This document shows, piece by piece, positions 9,594-18,900 of a stretch of 64,000 bases of DNA. The notes beneath the pieces were generated by a model. That model was not told where the DNA came from and did no database searches. It saw nothing but the letters and a program-made list of their open reading frames with translations. This stretch comes from Clostridium aceticum. Its GTDB lineage: Bacteria > Bacillota > Clostridia > Peptostreptococcales > Natronincolaceae. The position numbers and the translations under genes are program-made. Within the stretch, counting starts at the first letter, position 1, and each line of letters opens with the position of its first letter. The DNA is taken from positions 733,418 to 797,417 of the forward strand of contig NZ_CP009687.1 in the NCBI RefSeq assembly GCF_001042715.1. The letters run 5' to 3'.

Positions 9594-11567
9594 ATGGCTA
9601 AAAAAGTACAGGGAATCATTATAAAAAATGGCAAAGTTCTAACAGTAGAGGGGATGAATCAAGTTGGTAGAATGGAGCATTTTTTTATTTGGGGAGAGGT
9701 GAAGGACAGCGAGAAGGAAATAGAGGCTATGCAAAGAGTATTAGAGGAACAATTAAACTTAAAGCAGGGGATCGCCTTCCAGTTTGAAGAAGAGATAAAT
9801 AAAGGTACAAAAACATTTGTTGTTGATGTGCAGGAGGAAGAGATAGATTTAGAAAATTCTCTAGAAAAGGTGAACTGTTTTAGAAACTATTTTAAGCCGA
9901 TGGCATTAAGCTGGATAGAGTTAAGTGATCTATGGGCTTTTAGAGAACTTGAAATAAGTTACATAAAGCTTTTATTAAAAGAAGCTATTAAAAAGGAGTA
10001 TGAAGCCCCATGGATAGACATCATTAAAAATACCTACTTTAACCATCCAAGAGGGAAAGCCTATTTAAAAAAGTTGTATGTAGAAAATAAAAGAAACAAA
10101 ACTGACGCTGAAGAAAGCCTGGCAAATAAAGGCATCGTTATGGCGATGGCACTAGGTTTGGGGATCTTATTTGACTACTTTTTTGTAGGGGCACCTATAG
10201 GAATATCAGGATTAATTTTTAGTATGGCGATTCTTATTGTATCAATATGTGGGATGAATCAACCTAGGCGATTAAATAAAAAGCTAGGCTTTATCTTTTT
10301 AATACCTATTATTCTTTTATCCTTAAGTTTCGGGATATATAACAATGATGTACTAAAGACCATCAATGTGATAGCTATTCCTTTTTTAATAGCAAGTTAT
10401 TTAATAACCATAAGATATGAAAACGTAAAGGAAATAAACTTAAGCTTTGGGAGAAATGTTTTAGATAGGGTTTTTGTTAAAGTACATGGTATTCTTCCAA
10501 GATTTTTCATTTTTGGTAAAGAGATAAAAAGAGACAGAAAAAAATTAAAAGAAAATCCAAACCAGAAAAATATTATAAGAGGACTTTTGATATCTATACC
10601 CTTATTGGTGGTGGTACTCCTATTACTGACTTCTGCTGATATGATGTTTAAATACTATATTGATAACATTGCTAGGCTATTTAGCAAACTAAATACCATG
10701 AGTATGCTAAGACATACTTTTGTTATCAGTATAATTACACTGTATCTATTTGGCTTTCTATGGAGTTTTAAATACGATGAGATATCTTATAAAAGTAAAG
10801 GTACTTCTCTAATAAAAGCTTCATGGGAACCAGTAACCATAATAACAATTATATTTGTTATAAATATTGCTTATTTACTGTTTACGATTATACAATTTTC
10901 TTACTTATATGGGGGAGGGTTACAGGCTTTGCCGGAGGGACTTTCCTATGCTGAATATGCTAGAAAAGGATTTTTTGAACTTGTTTTAGTGACCCTTATC
11001 AACTTTAGCATATTGCTATTAAGTATAAATCTAACAAAGAAAGATTACAAAAAAGTCAACACAATAGCTAACTTCTCTTATAGTCTTTTAATTTTATTTA
11101 CCTTAAATATGGTAGTTTCTGCAAACTACAAAATGTATTTATATGAGAAGGCTTTTGGTTTTACTAGGCTGAGAATATTTGTTCAGGCATTTATGTTTTT
11201 AATTGGTATTCTGCTAATAATCCTGTTATTAGGAATATGGATCAATAAAACTCCTATCTTTCAATATGCAGTTATCGCTACATTGGTAGTTTATATAGGA
11301 CTAAATTTCATTAATGTAGACGGACTCATAGCAAAGGGAAATATCTTGAGGTATGAGGAAACGGGTATCATAGATATAAATTATATTAAACAATTATCCT
11401 ATGATGCAATACCACAGATGGCAAAGCTTTTAGAGGTGGAAGACCCCTTTATTAGAAATAACATAAAGGATCATATACAAGATGAAAAAGAAAGATTAGA
11501 CAAAAATGATGTGCATTGGTACGGATTTAATTATTATAAAAGCAAGTTATTAAGGAGTAATTTCTAA
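9594..11567 (+). CDS. Large polytopic membrane protein (DUF4153/DUF4173-like) with a ~170-aa soluble N-terminal domain
   Basis: 657 aa. The N-terminal region (GIIIKNGKVLTVEG...FIWGEV) is weakly NUDIX-like. At least 10 predicted TM helices follow. Confidence 0.45.
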   Translation: MAKKVQGIIIKNGKVLTVEGMNQVGRMEHFFIWGEVKDSEKEIEAMQRVLEEQLNLKQGIAFQFEEEINKGTKTFVVDVQEEEIDLENSLEKVNCFRNYFKPMALSWIELSDLWAFRELEISYIKLLLKEAIKKEYEAPWIDIIKNTYFNHPRGKAYLKKLYVENKRNKTDAEESLANKGIVMAMALGLGILFDYFFVGAPIGISGLIFSMAILIVSICGMNQPRRLNKKLGFIFLIPIILLSLSFGIYNNDVLKTINVIAIPFLIASYLITIRYENVKEINLSFGRNVLDRVFVKVHGILPRFFIFGKEIKRDRKKLKENPNQKNIIRGLLISIPLLVVVLLLLTSADMMFKYYIDNIARLFSKLNTMSMLRHTFVISIITLYLFGFLWSFKYDEISYKSKGTSLIKASWEPVTIITIIFVINIAYLLFTIIQFSYLYGGGLQALPEGLSYAEYARKGFFELVLVTLINFSILLLSINLTKKDYKKVNTIANFSYSLLILFTLNMVVSANYKMYLYEKAFGFTRLRIFVQAFMFLIGILLIILLLGIWINKTPIFQYAVIATLVVYIGLNFINVDGLIAKGNILRYEETGIIDINYIKQLSYDAIPQMAKLLEVEDPFIRNNIKDHIQDEKERLDKNDVHWYGFNYYKSKLLRSNF

Positions 11568-11652
11568 TCAAATTTTAATCTTTTCCTAAGGATCTTCTAA
11601 TCTTCATCTTTTATAATAAGTGTAGAAAAAGAATAATGGAGGGATATAAGCT

Positions 11653-12132
11653 ATGAGTATTGATTTAGAAACCGTTGATTTATTAAGAAAAAGAGCAAAT
11701 GTCAGCTATGAGGAAGCAAAAAAAGCATTAGAGGAAAGTAATGGCGATTTAGTGGAAGCTTTGATTTTTTTAGAGAAGGCAAATAAAACGAAACCTGAAA
11801 AAAACTGCGAAGCAGAAACCATGCTTAAAGGTATCAGCAACTTTGCAAAAAGTACGATAAAAAAAGGCAACGATACAAGACTAATTGTTAGTAAGAAGGA
11901 TAACAATATTTTAAATCTATCTATGACAGTAACGGTAATTGCCAGCATTATTGCTCCTGTCATTCCGCTGGCGGGTCTACCTTTAGCATTTCTTACAAAT
12001 CATAAAATAAGGATAAAGAAAAAAGATGGAGAAGATATGAAAGTCAATGTGGTTCTTGACAAAGTATCCTCTACTGTAAACGCTATGGTAAATCAAACAA
12101 CGAAAGAAACTATAGAAAAAGAAAAAATTTAG
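11653..12132 (+). CDS. DUF4342-like protein with N-terminal UBA/NAC-like helical domain
   Basis: 159 aa. N-terminus MSIDLETVDLLRKRANVSYEEAKKALEESNGDLVEALIFLE matches the conserved start of DUF4342 proteins. Confidence 0.5.
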   Translation: MSIDLETVDLLRKRANVSYEEAKKALEESNGDLVEALIFLEKANKTKPEKNCEAETMLKGISNFAKSTIKKGNDTRLIVSKKDNNILNLSMTVTVIASIIAPVIPLAGLPLAFLTNHKIRIKKKDGEDMKVNVVLDKVSSTVNAMVNQTTKETIEKEKI

Positions 12133-12136
12133 CAGA

Positions 12137-12168
12137 TAGCCTACATCTTAACATGTAGGCTATACTTT
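12137..12168 (+). terminator. Hairpin downstream of the DUF4342 gene (weak T-tract)
   Basis: TAGCCTACATCTTAACATGTAGGCTA palindrome followed by TACTTTAT. Confidence 0.4.
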
Positions 12169-12279
12169 ATCCTATCAATATCATATATAATGAAAGAGGA
12201 GTGGAAGTAAAAATTTTTCCGAGATAAATAAAGTATGATCAATTCTGATTTTATTTTTTAAAAAAGTAGGTGAAGGTAG

Positions 12280-12957
12280 ATGCAAAAGATATTGATTATT
12301 GAAGATGAAGTGAAAATTGCACGTTTTCTTGAGTTAGAATTAAAGTACGAAGGATATGAGGTATTAAAAGCCTATGATGGCAGAGAAGGACTAGAAAAAG
12401 CTTTAAAGGAAGAAGTACACTTGATTTTACTGGACATTATGCTGCCGGGTTTGAGTGGGATGGAGGTCTGTCGTAGAATTCGCATCACTTCGGACGTACC
12501 CGTTATCATGTTGACGGCAAAAGATCAAACGACAGATAAAGTGATGGGACTTGATCTTGGAGCAGATGATTATATGACAAAACCCTTTGCTATTGAGGAA
12601 TTATTGGCACGGATTAGGACTGTATTAAAAAGAAATAGGGTGACTACTGAATCTTTCGAAGGTTTGAGGTTAGGCAAACTCCAGATAGATATAGAAAAGC
12701 ATTTGGTTACTTATGATGGACATGTCATTGAGCTAACAAAACGAGAGTTTGATTTATTGCTTTACTTAATGGAAAATAAAAATATCGTTTTAACGAGGGA
12801 AAAGATATTGCAAAAGGTTTGGGGATATGATTATCTAGGAGATACCAATGTAGTGGATGTGTATATTCGATATTTAAGAGGTAAAATCGATGAAAAATAC
12901 AATGACAAACTTATTCATACCATCAGAGGGGTGGGATATCTTTTAAAAAATGAATAA
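12280..12957 (+). CDS. OmpR-family response regulator (receiver + winged-helix)
   Basis: 225 aa. MQKILIIEDE...LLDIMLPGLSGMEVCRRIR receiver, and C-terminal trans_reg_C (LTKREFDLLLYLMENKNIVLTREKILQKVWG). Confidence 0.9.
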   Translation: MQKILIIEDEVKIARFLELELKYEGYEVLKAYDGREGLEKALKEEVHLILLDIMLPGLSGMEVCRRIRITSDVPVIMLTAKDQTTDKVMGLDLGADDYMTKPFAIEELLARIRTVLKRNRVTTESFEGLRLGKLQIDIEKHLVTYDGHVIELTKREFDLLLYLMENKNIVLTREKILQKVWGYDYLGDTNVVDVYIRYLRGKIDEKYNDKLIHTIRGVGYLLKNE

Positions 12958-14380
12958 ACTTCAACAGGCACTAACCATAATAAAAAAGGTTTTTGTATTG
13001 CTTTTTCAAATGATAAAGTTACTGCTTCGAGGAGTTAGCTATGGATTTAAAAGGGTGAAGAAACTATTTCGTTTTTCTATTACCTTCAAGATCACTGTTG
13101 TCTATGCTTTTATCTTTTCTTTGCTACTATTCTTCATTAGTGCTAGTGTTCTAGGGATTTCTAGCTATTTTCTAAAACAGCAAGCAAACAAAAATTTAAA
13201 AGGGAGCTTAGGAAATATCTTCGAGATTTTGGAAATTCAAAATGGTTCCTATGAGAACTATTTACAGGAGGCAGCAGTAAGAGAAAACATGGATATAACG
13301 GTTTTAAATAGCGAGGGGAAACAGTTATTTTCTACTGACGGTACTATGATAGTAGAGGATACTGTGTTTTTTGCACGACCATTAATCGTGAAGGAAACAA
13401 TCATGATGGGCAACGAAGAATATACCATAAGGGGAACAAAATATTTAAAGTCAGAGGATCTATATATGAAGGTCCTATTTATTGCTCTATTTATGATGCA
13501 GGGAATTGCTATTCTTATCACTCTTGTCTTCGGTTCAAAAGCCAGTAGAAGAATGCTAAAACCTATTGAAAAAATGACGAAAACAGTGAAGCATATTTCT
13601 ATCCATGAGTTAGATACAAGATTGGATGTGGGCGATTCTCAAGATGAGTTAAAGGATTTAGCAGAAACTTTTAATGAGATGCTGGATCGTATTGAAGCTT
13701 CCTATCAACAACAAAATCAATTTGTTTCTGATGCCTCTCATGAACTAAGAACTCCTATTTCTGTTCTTCAAGGATATGCTAATTTATTAGATAGATGGGG
13801 GAAGGAAGACAAAGAAGTATTGCAAGAGGCTATTGAGGCAATAAAAAGTGAATCAGAAAACATGAAGGACTTAATTGAAAAACTACTGTTTTTAGCAAGA
13901 ACAGATAAAAATCTTCAAAAACTGGAAAAAGCAGAATTTCAAATAAAAGAGTTAATTCTTGAGGTAGTGAAGGATGCGAAACTGATCGATACAAAACATG
14001 AATTTCATTGGGATATAAAGGAAGACTGTATTTTTCATGGAGACAGAAAATCTATTAAGCAATTATTGAGGATATTAATAGATAATAGTATGAAATTTAC
14101 CCCAGAGGGAGGGAAGATTTCTATTTATCAAAGAGTGTGGAAAAATTTTATTGTTATCGAGGTAGAGGATACTGGTATAGGCATAGCTAAAGAAGACATT
14201 CCTCATATATTTGAGCGATTCTACTGTGGAGATAAGTCTAGAACAAAATCTAGCGGAGGACAAGGTTTAGGACTATCTATTGCAAAGTGGATTGTAGACA
14301 GCCATGATGGAAAAATTGAAGTAAAAAGTAACTCAGGCTTAGGTACTAAGTTTGTCATCATGCTACCGTACGCAGAATAG
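12950..14380 (+). CDS. Sensor histidine kinase (2 TM, HAMP, HisKA, HATPase_c), partner of the preceding RR
   Basis: 476 aa. H-box SDASHELRTPISVLQGY, N box LIDNSMKFT, G boxes EDTGIGI and GGQGLGLSIAK. Overlaps the RR gene by 8 nt. Confidence 0.9.
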   Translation: MNKLQQALTIIKKVFVLLFQMIKLLLRGVSYGFKRVKKLFRFSITFKITVVYAFIFSLLLFFISASVLGISSYFLKQQANKNLKGSLGNIFEILEIQNGSYENYLQEAAVRENMDITVLNSEGKQLFSTDGTMIVEDTVFFARPLIVKETIMMGNEEYTIRGTKYLKSEDLYMKVLFIALFMMQGIAILITLVFGSKASRRMLKPIEKMTKTVKHISIHELDTRLDVGDSQDELKDLAETFNEMLDRIEASYQQQNQFVSDASHELRTPISVLQGYANLLDRWGKEDKEVLQEAIEAIKSESENMKDLIEKLLFLARTDKNLQKLEKAEFQIKELILEVVKDAKLIDTKHEFHWDIKEDCIFHGDRKSIKQLLRILIDNSMKFTPEGGKISIYQRVWKNFIVIEVEDTGIGIAKEDIPHIFERFYCGDKSRTKSSGGQGLGLSIAKWIVDSHDGKIEVKSNSGLGTKFVIMLPYAE

Positions 14381-14435
14381 CATGATGACAAAAAAATTCT
14401 AGCTTCAAAGACGGATTGATTCAAGCTGCTGTTCA

Positions 14436-15527
14436 TTAGAAGGATTCAAGGTCCTTTATAAAACTATCCACTGCGTACTCCTCAGTTGCCCAAGAGGTCA
14501 CAAGTCGAATCGCAGACATTTCACCATCTATTTTAGACCAAATATAAAACAAATATTTTTTGCTTAGCTGCTCTATAACTTTATTTGGGAGTATGGGAAA
14601 AATTTGATTTGTTGAAGAGTGAGTTAAAAACTTATAACCCAGTCCTTCGATAGTTTCACTTAATTTAAATGCCATTAGATTAGCATGTTTAGCTAAATTG
14701 AAATATAAATTTTCTTTAAACAGTTCAATAAATTGCAGTCCTAGTAATCTTCCCTTAGCCAGTAATGCTCCTTTTTGCTTTAAATGAAACCTAAAATTTA
14801 ATTTTAATGCATCATTATTAATAACAATGGCTTCTCCTAGCAATGCTCCATTTTTAGTTCCTCCAATATAAAAAACATCCACTAGTTTTGATAAGTCTGG
14901 CAAACTCAAATCACTTTCTTGGGAAGACAGAGCTGAGGCTAGCCGAGCACCATCTAAATATAATAGTAGACCATTTGATTTGCAAAAGCAAAAGAGTTCT
15001 TCTAGTTCCTTCTTTTTATAGATGGTACCTATTTCTGTTGAGTTTGAGATGAAAACCATTCTTGGCTTAACCATATGCTCATCCGTATGTTCTTCCAATA
15101 CCCTCTGTATATTTTTAGGTGTAAGCTTGCCGTCTTTGCTATCAACAACATTGATCTTATGACCAGTAGCTTCGACGGCTCCTGTTTCATGAACATGAAT
15201 ATGCCCTGTATTTGCTGCTATTACTGACTCATAAGGTCTTAATATAGAAGATATGACCACTAAGTTAGCCTGCGTACCTCCAGAGACAAAATGTATATCT
15301 GCATTTGCATTCTGAAGCTTATGACGTAGCAGTTCGATTGCTTTTTGAGAGTAATCATCTGTCCCATAACCGTTTTGCTGCTTGAAATTTGTTTGCAGCA
15401 GTGCATTTAGAATATTAGGGTGTGCCCCTTCACTATAATCATTCCTAAAGCTGTAGAATTCTTGTGTTTCCAAGTAGTTGTTCAAAGAATTTTTTTCTGT
15501 AGAATCTGACATAATTCTCTCCTCCAT
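14436..15527 (-). CDS. ltaE: Threonine aldolase family PLP-dependent enzyme (low-specificity L-threonine aldolase-like)
   Basis: 363 aa. GGTQANLVVISS, HxHETGA and YLDGARLASAL motifs align with LtaE/GLY1-family aldolases. Confidence 0.7.
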   Translation of the reverse strand: MEERIMSDSTEKNSLNNYLETQEFYSFRNDYSEGAHPNILNALLQTNFKQQNGYGTDDYSQKAIELLRHKLQNANADIHFVSGGTQANLVVISSILRPYESVIAANTGHIHVHETGAVEATGHKINVVDSKDGKLTPKNIQRVLEEHTDEHMVKPRMVFISNSTEIGTIYKKKELEELFCFCKSNGLLLYLDGARLASALSSQESDLSLPDLSKLVDVFYIGGTKNGALLGEAIVINNDALKLNFRFHLKQKGALLAKGRLLGLQFIELFKENLYFNLAKHANLMAFKLSETIEGLGYKFLTHSSTNQIFPILPNKVIEQLSKKYLFYIWSKIDGEMSAIRLVTSWATEEYAVDSFIKDLESF

Positions 15528-15953
15528 AAACTATCATTATTTTATATATAAATTGTAATAGGTATGTTACATCCCTTACGTCACACTGAGTAAAAACTAA
15601 CCTTATTGGTGTGTGGTGACAATTCTCACGCAGCCTGCCGTCCTTATGACTCTGCTATCTCTATCTATTCTTTCCGACTTCACCTTTTTCCTTCAGTAGG
15701 GGTAGAGAAAATTTAACTTTGGTATGCTGTAGTTTCCTTAGAAATTTTGTAAAAATAACTTCCAAAAATAAAATAACTTTTAAAAAACATTGCATATCTT
15801 ACAAAAACATGATAAAGTTTTTTTTAAATTATTTGAAAATTTTTAAAAATAAACTTAAACTTATTCTATGAACTTCTAAATTTCCTGGAAAATAATTTTA
15901 ACAGGCAAAGGATAAATGTTCAAAATATTTCGAACAAAATAGATTGGTATCAG

Positions 15954-18900
15954 ATGAAAGAAAGCGAGGGAGCTGGAATGGGACAATATGGATTGCCTGT
16001 AAAGCAAGGTTTATACGATCCTATGATGGAAAAAGATAATTGTGGTGTAGGGTTTATTGTTAATGCCAAAGGAAAAAAGAGCAATGATATTTTAGTTAAG
16101 GGCTTACAAATTTTAAAGAAGCTAAAGCATAGAGGAGCCGTGGGGGCAGACCCCAGTACTGGAGATGGTGCAGGGATACTCATACAAATTCCTCATGAGT
16201 TTCTAAAGGAAGAAACCCATAAATTAGGGATACAGCTGCCTAAGCCTGGAGATTACGCAGTAGGGATGGTGTTTTTACCAAGAGAACCTAATGCAAGACT
16301 TTTTTGTGAAGGTCTTTGTGAAAAAATTTTAAGAGAAGAGGGTCAAGAGCTTATAGGATGGCGTGAAGTACCTGTCAACGAGAAGGAATGTGGTGAATCT
16401 GCTAGAGCAACACGACCTGTTGTGAGTCAAGTCATGATTGCAAGGGGAAACCAAACCTTAGAGGTATTCAAGAGAAAGCTGTTGATTGTCCGTAAATGTA
16501 TACAAAATACAATAAACGCCATGAAACGTCCCTATACGGATGCTTTTTACATTTGTAGTTTATCATCGGAGACCATCGTATATAAGGGACAAATTTTAGG
16601 TTATAAATTAGAGGATTTTTATATCGATTTACAGAGTAAATTGGTAGAAACGGCTATCGCAGTAGTGCATGAGCGCTATAGTACCAATACTTTTCCCTCA
16701 TGGAAACTGGCACATCCCTATAGATACATTGCTCATAATGGGGAAATTAACACGATACGAGGAAATATCAACTGGATGCATGCAAGAGAAGGCGTTATGC
16801 GCTCACAAGTATTTGGAGAAGATTTTAAGAAGGTGTTACCAGTGATTGAGGCTGAAGGCAGTGACTCATCGAGTCTGGACAACACTGTTGAGATGTTTGT
16901 TGCCAACGGTCATCCGATAGAGCATGTCATGATGATGTTAATACCAGAAGCATGGCAGAGGGATGCCAAAATGGATAAGGATAAGAGAGGTTTTTATGAA
17001 TACCATGCTAGAATCATGGAATCATGGGATGGACCAGCGGCGCTTGTTTTTACAGACGGTCATAAAATCGGCGCGACAGTAGACAGGAATGGCTTGCGTC
17101 CTATTCGTTATACTATTACCAAAAATGATTTGGTCATTATGGCTTCAGAAACCGGTGTAATAGAAGTAGAACCAGACAATGTGGTAAAGAAGGGCAGTCT
17201 ACAACCCAGTGAAATGATTGTGATTGACACAAAGAAAAGAAATATTCTTCTAGATGAAGAAATCAAAAAAGAGATATGTACCCAAGAAAACTATGGGGAA
17301 TGGATAGAGAAAAATAAGCTGACTTTGGAAGACTTTGAACCTTCTAATGAAGTAAGAAAAATGAATAAAGAAGTTTTGCTGCAGAATCAAAAGATATTTG
17401 GTTATACAGAGGAAGAGATTAAAGATGTTCTTAGTGTTATGGCTAAAAATAAAGAAGAGCCAATAAGTGCTATGGGTATAGATATGCCTTTGGCAATTTT
17501 ATCAAAGCGACCTCAGCTTTTATTTAATTACTTCAAACAAAAATTTGCTCAAGTTACCAATCCTCCTATTGATCCTATTAGAGAAAAGATGGTGATGTCT
17601 CTTTTACAATATATTGGGCAGCATGGGCAATTCATAGATGAAATAGAGATCGAAAAGAAACAGCCTTTTATAGAATTAGAACAACCGATCTTGACCAATG
17701 CAGAACTTGAAAAATTACGCCATGTATATACAGAGGATTTTAAGGCTATTACATTACCTATGACCTTCCCTATAGATAGTGGAGAATCTGGACTTAAAAC
17801 AGCACTGGATAATTTATGCAAAAGGGCTGTTGAAAATATAAAAAGAGGATATAATATTTTGGTTTTAAGTGATACCAATATAGATTTATACAATGCACCT
17901 ATTCCGAGTTTATTGGCATTAGGCGCAGTACATCATCACTTAATAAGAGAGAAGCTGAGGACACAGGCAGATATTATTATTGAATGTGGTGATGCAAGAG
18001 ATGTAATGCATATGGCATTGTTAGTAGGCTATGGAGCAAAAGCCATCAATCCCTACTTGGCTTTTGAATCCATACGACATATGATAAATAATAAACAGAT
18101 GCTAAAGGATATTGAGGTAGAAGAAGGTTATGAGAATTATCGTTATGCTATTGCTCAAGGGTTATTAAAAGTTATTTCAAAAATGGGAATATCTACCTTG
18201 CAAAGTTATCATGGAGCACAAATTTTTGAAGTGCTGGGTCTGCACCAAAATGTAGTGGAGGAATATTTTGCAGGAACGCCTTCTAAACTATCTGGCTTAG
18301 ACTTAGATGGTATAGCCCAAGAAGTTATTACACGACATACCAGTGCAAATGATATGTTTCAAACAGGAGATAAGAAGCTGGATGAGGGTGGAGAGTTTGT
18401 ATGGAGACCTGAAGGGGAATATCATATGTTTACCCCTAAAAGGGTAAAACAGCTGCAAATGGCTTGCAAAAACAACAACTACGAGATGTACAAAGAATAC
18501 GCTGAGAATATTAACAATAGTAAAGAAGCTACAGCTACTCTAAGAGGCTTACTAAAGTTTAAAAGGGGAAAAAGTATAGCTATTCAAGAAGTGGAGTCAA
18601 TTGATAATATTGTAAAGCGCTTCACAACCGGGGCTATATCTTTTGGTTCCATCAGTAAAGAATGTCATGAAGCTCTAGCGATTGCTATGAATGCAATTGG
18701 GGGCAAAAGCAATAGTGGTGAAGGGGGGGAAGATGCCAAGCGTTATTTCTCTGATATCAATGGCAATATTAGAAAAAGTGCAGTGAAACAGATTGCATCA
18801 GGAAGGTTTGGTGTAACCATCGACTATTTAGTAAATTGTGATGAGATTCAGATTAAAATGGCTCAAGGCGCAAAGCCTGGTGAAGGAGGACATTTACCTG

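Noticed and set aside
15540-15700. Possible riboswitch in the divergent region between threonine aldolase and gltB (inverted repeat GTCACAC...GTGTGGTGAC, GGACGGCAGGCTGCGTGAG)
   Set aside because: I could not match it to a glycine, glutamine or other riboswitch consensus. It is kept only as an unexplained inverted repeat, not as a feature.
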